Shown: in pieces, positions 1 to 11,094 of the stretch | Layout: each line of letters opens with the position of its first letter | Numbering within the stretch: position 1 is the stretch's first letter | DNA from: Octopus sinensis | Lineage: Eukaryota | Direction: 5' to 3' | Assembly: GCF_006345805.1 (NCBI RefSeq) | Contig: NW_021828075.1 | Span: 1 to 34,822 of the forward strand | DNA: 34,822 nucleotides | Notes under the pieces: model-generated | Told to the model about the DNA's origin: nothing | Database searches by the model: none | The model's input: only the letters and a program-made list of their open reading frames with translations | Program-made: the position numbers and the translations under genes

Positions 1-400
1 AGTGCGTTTGTGTATTTGTATATGCGTATGTGTGTGTGTGTGAGTGTGCGCCTGTGTGTGGTTGTGTGCGCGGTTGTCTGAGTGTGTGTGTGTGTGTGGG
101 TGTATGTGTGTATTTACGTATATATACATGTGCATGTGTGTGTGTGCAAATGTGTATGTGTGTGGTGTGTGTGAATCTGTCTGTGTGCTCATGCGTGTAT
201 ATGTATATGTCTGCTTGTCTGTAACTGTGAATGTGTCTGTGCGCGTATGTGGGTTTGTATATGCATGTGCGTATGACTGCGTCTGTACATGTGTGTGTGC
301 GTGTGTCTGTATGTGTGCGTGTGTGTGTGTCTGTCTGCATGTGTGTGTGCGTTAGTATATATGTGTGTATTCCTGGGCATGTGTTTGTGTAGAGATGTGT
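1..400. repeat. Degenerate (GT)n/(GTAT)n microsatellite tract
   Basis: Visible GT-rich simple repeat; the CV-rich ORFs in the track are its translation. Confidence 0.95.
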
Positions 401-423
401 TTATATGAACATGACTATTTATA

Positions 424-835
424 GGAGTGGCTGTGTGGTAAGTAGCTTGCTTACGAACCACATGGTTCCGGGTTCAGTCCCACTGCGTGGCACCTTGGGC
501 AAGTGTCTTCTACTATAGCTTCGGGCTGACCTAAGCCTTGTGAGTGGATTTGGTAGACGGAAACTGAAAGAAGCCCGTCGTATATATGTATATATGTATA
601 TATGTGTGTGTGTGTTTGTGTGTCTGTGTTTGTCCCCCTAGCATTACTTGACAACCGATGCTGGTGTGTTTACGTCCCCGTCACTTCGCGGTTCGGCAAA
701 AGAGACCGATAGAATAAGTACTGGGCTTCCAAAGAATAAGTCCCAGGGTCGATTTCCTCGACTAAAAGCGGTGCTCCAGCATGGCCACAGTCAAATGACT
801 GAAATAAGTAAAAGAGTAAAAGAGAGTAAAGAGTA
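424..835 (+). mobile_element. tRNA-derived SINE, family A (full length, internal TA/TG microsatellite)
   Basis: Head tggctgtgtggtaag (A-box-like) and ggttcagtccc (B-box-like), then ccttgggcaagtg; tail ends in gtaaaaga repeats; homologous copies at 18001-18384 and 18793-19085. Confidence 0.85.
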
Positions 836-877
836 TATATGTTGTGTGTGTGTGTGTGGTGTGTGTGTGTTTCTGAA

Positions 878-1092
878 TCTGTGTTTGTCCCCACCAACAT
901 TGCTTGACAACCGATGCTTGTGTGTTTACGTCCCCGTAACTTAGCGGTTTGGCAAAAGAGACCGATAGAATGAGTACTAGGCTTACAAAGAATAAGTCCC
1001 GGGGTCGATTTGCTCGACTAAAAAAGGCGGTGCTCCAGCTTGGCCACAGTCAAATGACTGAAACAAGTAAAAGAGTAAAAGAGTAAAGAGAG
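878..1092 (+). mobile_element. Second copy of the family-A SINE 3' half
   Basis: Near-identical to about 620-835 (tgtttgtcccc...cttgacaaccgatgct...gtaaaagag). Confidence 0.85.
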
Positions 1093-1429
1093 TACCTGCG
1101 TATGTATGTGTGTGTATATGTATATACGCCTTTGTTTCTGTGTCCACTTCATATATGCATGTATGTGTATTTGTGCTGATGTATTTGAATATTCCATCTG
1201 TTTATATATGTATATATATACGTATATTATTAAAAGTATAATTAAGGGTATCTAAGAGGTACCACCATGTTAGAAATAGCAGCCAAAACTTGACTCTAAA
1301 ACCACATTACATGTCCATAGCCATATATACCCTTAATTATAATTTTAATAGTAATTATTACCTTTGAGGTTTTTATTCCTATGCTGGCCACCTGATAAGA
1401 TCGGTATTTTAAATAACGTTCTTTATATA

Positions 1430-1456
1430 ATTTATATAATTTATATAAATTTATAT

Positions 1457-1489
<33 letters not shown>

Positions 1490-1530
1490 ATATATATATA
1501 TATATAATATTATAAATACAACATACATAC

Positions 1531-1573
<43 letters not shown>

Positions 1574-1640
1574 TGAATAAAATAAAACATATGCATATAT
1601 ATAAACATATATGTACGTACCTACCTCTACATGTACATAT
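1430..1640. repeat. (TA)n-rich tract
   Basis: Visible simple repeat. Confidence 0.9.
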
Positions 1641-2198
1641 ACACGCATATGTGAGTACAGGACACCAAAGGGACGTCGAACACAAAGAGAAATGAAAACA
1701 TAGACACAAACCAAAGGAACTGGACATTTTTTTAAAAACAGCAAAAAAATAGAGTACAGGACAATTAACACAAAGAAAAAAACCCCTTCTTCAGTCGCTA
1801 AGGTTTCATCTACTCTACGTTTCGAAGGAAAAAGCGAGACGTATCTTCGACAAGAAAACTTTCCTTCCTGCGAAAAGCAAATCAATTAAAATTCTGAGAC
1901 CTTTTCGCAGAGGGGTAAAAAATGGTAACAACAGGACAGTAACGACAGTACAAATTGTAAACAGTAAAAGACAGGACACGGAAAAACAAGTAAAAGACAG
2001 GACATTTCGCTTTGGGATTTGGTTTGCAAGATTCTTTATGTGAGTTCGTGTGTTGAAGCATATTCTGTTGTGTCTGGGGAGAGTCATTTTCTTTTTGTGC
2101 CTTATAATGTAACACACTGACCGGTAAAATTTCCACGTTTTTCTTATTTTTATTTTCCTAAAATTTTCGTTGAGTCATACAACCTTTTCTTGAAAAAG

Positions 2199-2270
2199 AC
2201 TTACCAGCTACATGGTTCCGGGTTCAGTCCAACTGCGTGGCACCTTGGGCAAGTGTTTTCTACTATAGTC
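2199..2270 (+). mobile_element. Family-A SINE head fragment
   Basis: catggttccgggttcagtccaactgcgtggcaccttgggcaagtg matches 461-510. Confidence 0.8.
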
Positions 2271-2342
2271 TTTAAAAGAATAACAAGGTATATAATGCAA
2301 AATTTTTACTTTTCAAAAATTTCCAATTCTAAAGGGTCGAAA

Positions 2343-2373
2343 CAAACCCGACCAACGCCGGGCCATACTGCTA
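2343..2373 (+). mobile_element. Isolated Helitron 3' terminus
   Basis: aaacccgaccaacgccgggccatactgCTAG|t matches the 3' ends at 3973-4002 and 4459-4488. Confidence 0.7.
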
Positions 2374-2519
2374 GTTCATCCAAAAATTCCCTTAAATGAC
2401 GGATCTACTGTCTTGAATAAATCTAACATTGGATTCTGTAGTGCTGAATACTGGGTTCTCGGATAACATCTGTCGTTTCTTTCCGATGTTGTTTGAATTA
2501 ACATGAGAAATATTTTCAT

Positions 2520-2690
2520 CTACTCTAGGCACAAAGTCTAGAAAATTTTAGGGCAAGGGGACTAGTCGATTATATCGATCCCGAAAGGATGAAAGGCAAA
2601 GTTGATCTCGGCGGAATATGAACTCTGAACGTAAAGCCGTTTAGTGATTTGCTCGGCGTGTTTAACCATTTTGCCAGCTCGGCGCCTCAA
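2520..2690 (-). mobile_element. Degenerate family-B SINE
   Basis: cccgaaaggatgaaaggcaaagttgatctcggcggaat matches the reverse complement of family B. Confidence 0.7.
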
Positions 2691-2705
2691 ATAAAATAGG
2701 AAATA

Positions 2706-3069
2706 CTAGCAGTATCGCCCGGCGTTGCTCGGGTTTGTAAGTTATAGCCAAAAAATAGCCAAAAAAATGCATTAAAAATGGAAAGAAAATGATGGTAAAT
2801 TTTTTTTTAATCGTTGACTCATCGTAGACATTTTTAGAGAGTTACTTCCCTTATATAATAGCAAAAAATGCATTAAAAATGGGAAAAAAATGATGGTAAT
2901 TTTTTAAATCGTAGACTCATCGTAGACGCGCGCTAATACCCAGAAGGGCTCGATATGAATCACGACTATAAGATACCCACTTTTGGTTACACTGCACCGC
3001 AAAATGTGGGAGTAGTTAGGAATCTAAATCGTAGGAGACAGACACACAACTTCACTTTTATATATAAGA
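2706..3069 (-). mobile_element. Non-autonomous Helitron, unit 1
   Basis: On the minus strand: 5'-TC start, 3' hairpin cccg-agcaacgc-cggg, then CTAG followed by T; no TIR or TSD. Confidence 0.8.
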
Positions 3070-3448
3070 CTAGCAGTATACGCCCGGCGTTGCTCGGGTT
3101 TTGTAAGGGAAATAACTATATAAGCATTTTTAGAGAGTTATAGCCAAAAAATAGCAAAAAATGCATTAAAAATGGAAAAAAAATTATGGTAAATTTTTTT
3201 TAATCGTTGACTCATCGTAGACATTCCCTTATATTTAAAAAAAATGCGTTAAAATGGAAAAATATGATGGTAAATTATTTTTAAAATCGTAGACTCATCG
3301 TAGACGCGCGCTAATACCCAGAAGGGCTTGATATGAATCACGACTATAAGATACCCGGTTTTGGTGAAACTGCACCGCAAAATGTGGGAGTAGTTAGGAA
3401 TTTAAATCGTAGGAGACAGACACACAACTTGACTTTTATATATAAAGA
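3070..3448 (-). mobile_element. Non-autonomous Helitron, unit 2
   Basis: a|TC 5' end at 3448; 3' CTAG joined directly to the TC of unit 1. Confidence 0.8.
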
Positions 3449-3622
3449 TTACCAGATTTGTTAAAATTGTTGACGAAAAATAAAAAAAAAGGAAAAATGA
3501 ATTTAGCTCACAACCGAATTGTTAAAAGAAAATAATAAACGGAATGGCCAATGAAAGGAGCTTAAAATATTTAGGACAGAAACGAAACTATAACTGATAA
3601 TTTTAATTTTAAATTGAAGACA

Positions 3623-4002
3623 TTTTATATATAAAAGTGAAGTTGTGTGTCTGTCTCCTACGATTTAGATTCCTAACTACTCCAACATTTTGCGGTGCAG
3701 TGTAACCAAAAGCGGGTATCTTATAGTCGTGATTCATATCAAGCCCTTCTGGGTATTAGCGCGCGTCTACGATGAGTCTACGATTTAAAAAATAATTTAC
3801 CATCATTTTTTTCCATTTTAACGCATATTTTTTTAAATATAAGGGAATGTCTACGATGAGTCAACGATTTAAAAAAAAATTTACCATAATTTTTTTTCCA
3901 TTTTTAATGCATTTTTTTGCTATTTTTTGGCTATAACTCTCTAAAAATGCTTATATAGTTATTTCCTTTACAAACCCGAGCAACGCCGGGCGATACTGCT
4001 AG
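3623..4002 (+). mobile_element. Non-autonomous Helitron, unit 3
   Basis: Reverse complement of units 1/2; hairpin plus CTAG at 3999-4002; the 5' TC is degraded. Confidence 0.8.
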
Positions 4003-4488
4003 TCTTTATATATAAAAGTGAAGTTGTGTGTCTGTCTCCTACGATTTAGATTCCTAACTACTTCCACATTTTGCGGTGCAGTTCAACCAAATTCGGGTAT
4101 CCTATAGTCGTGATTCATATCGAGCCCTTCTGGGTATTAGCGCGCGTCTACAATGAGTCTACGATTTTAAAAAAACTTCATCATTTTTTTCCATTTTAAT
4201 GCACTTTTTCGCTATTATATAAGGGAAGTAACTCTCTAAAAATGTCTACGATGAGTCAACGATTTTTAAAAAAATTACCATCATTTTTTATTCCATTTTA
4301 ATGCATTTTTTCGCTATTATATAAGGGAAGTAACTCTCTAAAAATGTCTACGATGAGTCAACGATTTAAAAAAAAATTTACCATAATTTTTTATTCCATT
4401 TTTAATGCATTTTTTGCTATAACTCTCTAAAAATGCTTATATTGTTATTTCCCTTACAAGCCCGAGCAACGCCGGGCGATACTGCTAG
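4003..4488 (+). mobile_element. Non-autonomous Helitron, unit 4 (extra internal subrepeats)
   Basis: TC at 4003 directly after the CTAG of unit 3; ends cccgagcaacgccgggcgatactgCTAG|t. Confidence 0.8.
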
Positions 4489-5170
4489 TTTTATATAAAA
4501 TATTCTTTGGCAAGAAATGAAATTTTTGTCTTAGAATTTCTTTCTGCTTTTGAATATATTCTTCATTTGTCACAACCAGATGACGTCACATCATCAAAGC
4601 GTTTTCTCCATTTTACATACAAACGCTTGTCGTGTGTGGTGTGTGTGTGTGTGTACATATATATGTGTGACTTTGTGCCTGTGTATATATATATTGTGTG
4701 TGTGTGTGTGTGTGTGTTTCTGTGCATATATATGTGTGTGTATGTATACAAATATTTAAGTGTGAATGTATATATATGTATGTAGGCATGCACATAAACA
4801 CACAAACACACATACACACCGCACACACACATTTTTATTCTTCCGAACCGAAAGATCCAAGAGGGTGGACCTCAAAGCAGTGTGTACCAAAAAGGGGAAA
4901 AAAAAAGCAGGAACTCAATTTAAAGAGAAAGAGAGAAAGACAAAAAAAAAGCAAGGGATCGCCTGCAAGAATAATCGTAACAGTAATAATATTAAACTAT
5001 TATTATTATTATTAATAACTACAAGACAAGTTATACGAAATAATGATGAATCGAGTTTTAAACATCTTCAGAGGTATGTATATACACACACAAATGTATA
5101 TAACCATGCACATATATGTATATAAATATAATACTATGGAGAGCATCCAGCAAATATATATATATATATA

Positions 5171-5398
5171 TTTCTTTACTACCCACAAGGGGTAAACACA
5201 GAGGGGACAAACAAGGACAGACAAAGGGATTAAGTCGATTACATCGACCTCAGTGCGTAACTGGTACTTAATTTATCGACCCCGAAAGGATGAAAGGCAA
5301 AGTCGACCTCGGCGGAATTTGAACTCGGAACGCAACGACAGACGAAATACGGCTACGAATTTCGCCCGGCGTGCTAACGTTTCTGCCATCTCGCCGCC
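5171..5398 (-). mobile_element. tRNA-derived SINE, family B
   Basis: Reverse complement of the 8417-8648 copy, with B-box-like gagttcaaattcc. Confidence 0.88.
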
Positions 5399-5419
5399 TT
5401 CAAATATATATATATATAT

Positions 5420-5530
5420 AGTAGTAATGGTGGTGGTAACAGTAGAAGTAGTAATGATGGTAGTAGTGATAGTTGTGGTGGTAATAGTAATAATAGTAGT
5501 AGTGGTAATGGTGGTAATAATAATAGGGAG
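5420..5530. repeat. (GTA/GTG)n trinucleotide repeat
   Basis: Visible simple repeat. Confidence 0.85.
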
Positions 5531-5819
5531 GCTGATGATGGAAACAGTAACGATAATGAAGATAACCCTAGAAAGACCATTGACATGTATACCCACCCCT
5601 TTGACACTCAATTCTTCAACGTATGTGACAAAACTTACTGCATGAGCCGGATTTATCCAACAACATTACCCTTCAACAAAAGAGTCCACATCCCAAGACA
5701 TACTAATGACCATATGGAAGCACAGTTCACTATAGCTAGGACCAAACTTAGACAGATTTTAGGATTATACACTAAGAGACAGAGACAGAATAAGACAGAG
5801 GCCCAACATATATATATAT

Positions 5820-6029
5820 GAGCTGGCAGAAACGTTAGCACGTATTTCGCCTGTCTTTGTGTTCCGAGTTCAAATTCCGCCGAGGTCGACTTTGCCTTTC
5901 ATCCTTTCGGGGTTGATTAAATAAGTACCAGTTACGCACTGGGGGGGGGGGTCGATGTAATCGACTTAATCCCTTAATCTGTCCTTGTTTGTCCCCTCTG
6001 TGTTTAGCTCCTTGTGGGTAGTAAAGAAA
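5820..6029 (+). mobile_element. Family-B SINE with short internal deletion
   Basis: gagctggcagaaacgttagcacg...gagttcaaattccgccgagg...gtagtaaagaaat. Confidence 0.88.
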
Positions 6030-6035
6030 TATATA

Positions 6036-6073
<38 letters not shown>

Positions 6074-6095
6074 TTACTACCCAATATATATATAT

Positions 6096-6158
6096 TTCTT
6101 TACTACCCACAAGGGGCTAAACACAGAGGGGACAAACAAGGACAGATTAAGGGATTAA
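6096..6158 (-). repeat. Inverted duplicate of the tail of the 5820 SINE
   Basis: Shares the variant ttaatcccttaatctg with the 5820 copy only. Confidence 0.75.
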
Positions 6159-6166
6159 TATATATA

Positions 6167-6225
6167 TATTGTGTTGTCCGGAAAGTTCGTGCCGATTTTT
6201 TTTAAAGGAAAGAAAAAGGTCAATA
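6167..6225. mobile_element. Solo mariner TIR fragment (same family as 7083-7682)
   Basis: ttgtgttgtccggaaagttcgtgccgattt...aaaggaaagaaaaaggtcaata matches 7083-7136. Confidence 0.8.
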
Positions 6226-6358
6226 GATAACTTCGTTTAACTTGTCAATAAAGACAAGATATACGAAATAATCGTGGATCGAATTTTAAACTTCTTCAGA
6301 GGTATGTATACACGCACACACATGTACATACCCATGCACATATACACGCACATATATG

Positions 6359-6394
<36 letters not shown>

Positions 6395-6400
6395 GCACAT

Positions 6401-6995
6401 ATGATGGCTGCTCCCTCGTTATCAAGTGTGGCCATTACACAAAGCTCAACTGTTATTGGTGCTGTGATCGAATGTGACTTTTATTTGCTTTTTAAGGCTA
6501 CAGCCAGCCATTCAGTTGAGACTCACAGCACTATCAACAATCATAAACAATGTTGTTATCGTGCAATGCCCATGCAAGAAGATTTTTTTCAAAGTGAGGA
6601 AAGGCTGTGCACTGAGTCAATCCCACTCACTAAGCAACAGCAGCCATAATCCGAAAAGAAGAGCAAGTCAACATCATCGGTAACCACTGAGCCGCAGGTT
6701 TTATGTCGGAGTTATCCCAGTTACCTGAGCTACTTTCTCCTGGAAGGGTGCCCTAACAAAGGCTAGGAGTCCTTCACTCCCAATGGTTTAACCGCGCGAT
6801 CGGGTATTCAGTCCGATTATTTCTATGTCCCCGCGAATGATACATCCTTAAGGCATTTATTGGATGACCGTTGACTCTCAAGAGTTCCTCCGCCCTTTGA
6901 CGGGTTTTGCTTTTCATTCCGCAGGGTGTCCAATAAACACCCTCCTCACCAAGCAAGCTTGGTGGGTTGCCAGTTTAGTCGCCGACGGCCCGACC
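6401..6995 (-). mobile_element. Short bipartite RTE-like retroelement (5' part fused to 3' end)
   Basis: 6404-6479 is the reverse complement of the 3' end at 12099-12172; the rest resembles RTE 5' regions from memory and has no RT ORF. Confidence 0.5.
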
Positions 6996-7032
6996 ATGCA
7001 TACGCACATATATGTATATATATACACGCACA

Positions 7033-7070
<38 letters not shown>

Positions 7071-7082
7071 TATATACATATA

Positions 7083-7682
7083 TTGGGTTGTCCAGAAAGT
7101 TCGTGCCGATTTTTAAAGGAAAGAAAAAGGTCAATAAATACTTATTGACCTTTTTCTTTACATTTTCTTTACTTTTTCATTACATTTTTAATCACACCAA
7201 ATATGGACCATTTTGTTGCACAATGCTTCTCCATCTTTCCTTCAACTTGAAAATACCCTCTTCCCAGAATTGGGGTGGTTTCATAGCAAAGAATTCATCA
7301 AGGTATCTTTTTATATCATCCAAGGAATTGAAATTCTTACCATTAAGACTATTCTGCAGAGACCTGAATTATGTTTAAATCCGAAGGAGCAATATCTGCT
7401 GAATATGGAGGCTGGGGTAACACATCCCAGCCCAGCTGCAGCAATTTTTGTCTGGTTCCCAAAGCATCAAGTGCCGAAAATGAACTTTCTTATCTTCCAT
7501 TTTAAAGGGTTACAGAATTAACACAGGTTATGGGAACATAAACCTTCTTCCACGAAAAAATAGCTTAAACTGTGCTCTAAATGGAGGTGTAGTCAAATCC
7601 TATTTTATGGACTCAACCATGTTCTAAAATAAGTCAAAAGGTAAGCTACCATAAATCGGCACGAACTTTCCGGACAACCCAA
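7083..7682 (-). mobile_element. Internally deleted mariner transposon
   Basis: About 30-bp TIRs (ttgggttgtcc[a/g]gaaagttcgtgccgattt), TA on both sides, transposase remnants inside. Confidence 0.92.
7192..7500 (-). pseudogene. Mariner transposase remnant (N-terminus fused out of frame to C-terminus)
   Basis: Manual translation gives MEDKKVHFRHLMLW, then GTRQKLLQLGWDVLPQPPYSADIAPSD (YSPDLAP-type motif), frameshift, RSLQNSLNGKNFNSLDDIKRYLDEFF...WEEGIFKLKERWRSIVQQNGPYLV*. Confidence 0.88.
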
Positions 7683-8234
7683 TATATATACTGATTGTGT
7701 CTAGGGAGAGAATTTGTTTTTATATACTCAGGCCTATTCCCAATTTTTTAGGAGGGGATAGCCACAAACAAGATACACAACGGACATTCTATTCATTTCT
7801 CAGCTCAAAGAGGCGAGCCTTGTTCTAAGCTCGGGTCAATGCATAGAACGCAACACCCAATAGCAGCGGTATATGCTGGCTTATCCCCGATGCATCATGC
7901 TGGTTCCGTATCCCTTTGGGCTACATCAACTCCTCTCATCAATCCAAGAACACTCTCCAAGCTTTTTTTTCCTATCATTTATAAACTCTCTTGCCATTCT
8001 CACTCCAACACCTTAATATCTATGGATGGATGGGTACGCTTTTATTTGTAACGTTATGAATCGTATCTTCACGACGTCCATATTGTCGTCTGCTCGATTG
8101 TGCAGTTGTTTATGTTCCGTGATTTGAAAACAAGAAATACATCCGTTCTGTGCGTTCTTTGTTTCAAATCTGGACGTTGGAACATTTCAACATCGAATTT
8201 TTTTCTTATCTGTTATTTATTTATTTATTTGTAA

Positions 8235-8363
<129 letters not shown>

Positions 8364-8416
8364 GTATGTATGCATGTATGAATGTATATGCATATATATC
8401 TCTCCCATATATATAA

Positions 8417-8648
8417 GGCGGCGCGAATGGCAGAAACGTTAGCACGCTGGGCGAAATGCGTAGCCGTATTTTGTCTGCCGTTACGTTCTGAGTTCAAATT
8501 CCGTCGAGGTCGACTTTGCCTTTCATCCTTTCGGGGTCGATAAATTAAGTACCAGTTACGCACTGGGGTCGATGTAATCGACTTAATCCGTTTGTTTGTC
8601 CTTGTTTGTCCCCTCTGTGTTTAGCCCCTTGTGGGTAGTAAAGAAATA
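8417..8648 (+). mobile_element. Family-B SINE, full length
   Basis: A-box-like tggcagaaacgttag, B-box-like gagttcaaattcc, tail gtagtaaagaaat followed by (TA)n. Confidence 0.88.
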
Positions 8649-9255
8649 TATATATCTCTCTTCTCTTACTCTGTATATATATAATGGATAATAAAACACG
8701 GTCACTTTCAGAGTGATCGTTAGGTCGTTAGGTATATAACAAACGAAAGACTGAAGATGGAATATACGAGAATTTATTATTAATCACAACAATTGTTTCA
8801 ACACATTTAGATCGATTCCTCTCGTGGGACACTCAACAACTGGTTCAGATGCATCCGGTGGTGCTGTTGTATCTCGTCGGGTGATAAATAAATAAAAACA
8901 ACTCGTTAGAATGACTGTTCCACAATGTAACTTACTGTTTTGTAGAGAGAAAAAAGAGCCAGACAGAAGGAAAATCTTCATATATATATAGAAGGATCAA
9001 AAATAAAATTGCAGAAGGCAAAAAGAGAAACGAACACGTAATCCAGCAAGAAAAGTATTGAAAATAACGATTAACAGATATGGATGTAGAAACGCCCTGG
9101 GGCAAGCTGCATGGCGCAAGTACACTCGCTCATACAAGTATCAGCAAAATTGTGAGCATGCGCACACGTGAGGTTTGGTGCACTCATGATCACAAACCGA
9201 ATTAGTTATTTACTTGGTGTTTATAAGAATGGGGAGGTTAAAAGTAAACTTAAGT

Positions 9256-9548
9256 CATTCATCATCATCATCATTGTTCGACCGTGGTCGAGACAATGGA
9301 ATTTACCATGCTACGCCAGACTTCACGGTCCATCATGGCATTACGGAGGTCCTGTTGCTGGATGCCTGTATCCCTGGAGATTACATCAGGGTAGGCGAGT
9401 GTGCGCCCTCTGGTATTGCGAGTAGATGGCTTCCAGAGGAGTATAAATTACCTCTTTTTCAGCTCTACAACAATGTCTAGCAAACTGGACTCTCTTACCT
9501 TTCACAAAAGATGACACAGGTGGTAGTTTCCCATATATTTGCATACCT
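9256..9548 (-). mobile_element. RTE-clade LINE 3' end with (TGA)n tail
   Basis: Manual translation with a frameshift: YGKLPPVSSFVKGKRVQFARHCCRAEKE...LLWKPSTRNTRGRTLAYPDVISRDTGIQQQDLRNAMMDREVWRSMVNSIVSTTVEQ*, an RTE-type C-terminus, followed by tgatgatga. Confidence 0.8.
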
Positions 9549-9938
9549 TAAGTCATTCATACCTTAAATTAAATTAAATTAAATTAACGGTTACTTAAAA
9601 TTCATTATCACTACATTTTGCGAAAGTACATTTATATGCGTGTAGGCATCTTGATAGTCATTCAGAAATTCTATTAAGTATCTTTTTGTTAGTCCACAGA
9701 ATAAACAGGGATTCCTCGGAGCAGAGATGGTATCTCCTGGAAATTACATTGTATGGTTTTGCATGTCTAACTATGGATCAATTAATGTTGTATTTTGTAT
9801 TAGCTTCCTTCAGTCGCCATATACAATCTGCCAAAGATGTCGAATGTGTGTGTTTGTGTGTGTATGTATGTATGTATGAATGAAGTATGTATGTATATAA
9901 AATATATATATAATATATGTATATGTATATATATATTA

Positions 9939-10007
<69 letters not shown>

Positions 10008-11094
10008 GGTAAAGACCACCTCTTTTGGTTATGAACGACTATGGGATGTGTATGCATGTGTGTGTGTGTGTATGCCCTGAGTCACATGGGGGAAGCATCT
10101 GTTTTCACGTAATCGAATATATTTCTTTTTCTTTCTTTTTGCAGGTGAGACTTGCAAATGCTGCTCTTTTGTAACGTGTTTCTCACAAGCCATATTCTTC
10201 ATAACCGCTATAATTTTCTTGTCCTCCATTTGTGTGCTCATCGACGAAGTATACATATTTGCGATAGAGAGAAAAGAAAGAAACGATGAGAAGTCATCTG
10301 CTGGAGCCCCTGCCAGCGGCGAATGAAAATAAAATTAAAAGTTACAAACACCGGGGGACCGAGTCATAGAAGCCATTGATAATAAATAAATGATTACACA
10401 CATCACTGAAAAATCACGGCACTGAGGAGTAGCGAATTTACAGAAACTTGGCCAACCGAGAACGAAACAGACAAATTGTAAAAGAGCTATAAGAGCTGTA
10501 CCTGTCTGAAATATGAATTTATTTGTTCGAAATTTGAAGCAGTTCTTGTATTTATTTATTGGATGATTTCTGATTTGTCGCCATTCGGAAGCGAACAACG
10601 ATGGCGCTGAAGTTTACAAATTGCCAACCCAGCCTTCTAAATTTGAATCAAACCGACGGGGAACTTTATAAATAGTGCACTAGGTTTCGACATTTGGCTT
10701 TTGCGCGTATGTCTCAAAAAATACAGGCAAAATATAATCCAACGTTGTTGCTGTTATCCTCTTTCACAACCATCGGAGCGCTAAGCGTTCCTCATTTCTT
10801 TTGTGTGCGGTGGGGGTCAGTGGCTGGGTAGGCGTGGGTGTGGGTGTGTGTCTGTGAGTGCATTTGTGGGGTTTTCTTTTTTGAACACAAGAATAATGCA
10901 ATTAAACCTTTTCAAATATTACAACCAAGCTTTATTTATTTGTTTATTTATTTATTTCAAACACGTCGCGTGTCCTGGCGGCTAGTTATTGTAAGGGAGA
11001 TAATCACTTCGAGAAAAAAAATTGGGCCGGATTAGAAGTTTCAATTTTTAAATCGGAGACTAAGAAAATGTGACAATCTGGTAAAACGTTTCCA

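Noticed and set aside
424-500. tRNA genes at SINE heads (also 8417, 30126, 31000-31060)
   Set aside because: A/B-box-like motifs continue into SINE bodies and no full cloverleaf is evident.
1770-1870. Second hammerhead on the minus strand (tcGAAAcgta...CTGAAGAagg)
   Set aside because: Core motifs are present but in permuted order with no credible stem I; at most a degenerate Penelope-like relic.
5561-5821. Non-repetitive-looking ORF (MYTHPFDTQFFNV...)
   Set aside because: No recognisable motif or splice sites; bounded by a microsatellite and a SINE.
7700-8210. Degraded LINE C-terminus on the minus strand
   Set aside because: All frames have multiple stops and no convincing motif could be read.
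9214-9480. Plus-strand 88-aa ORF as a host exon
   Set aside because: It is the antisense of an RTE 3' end whose minus-strand frame shows the family motifs.
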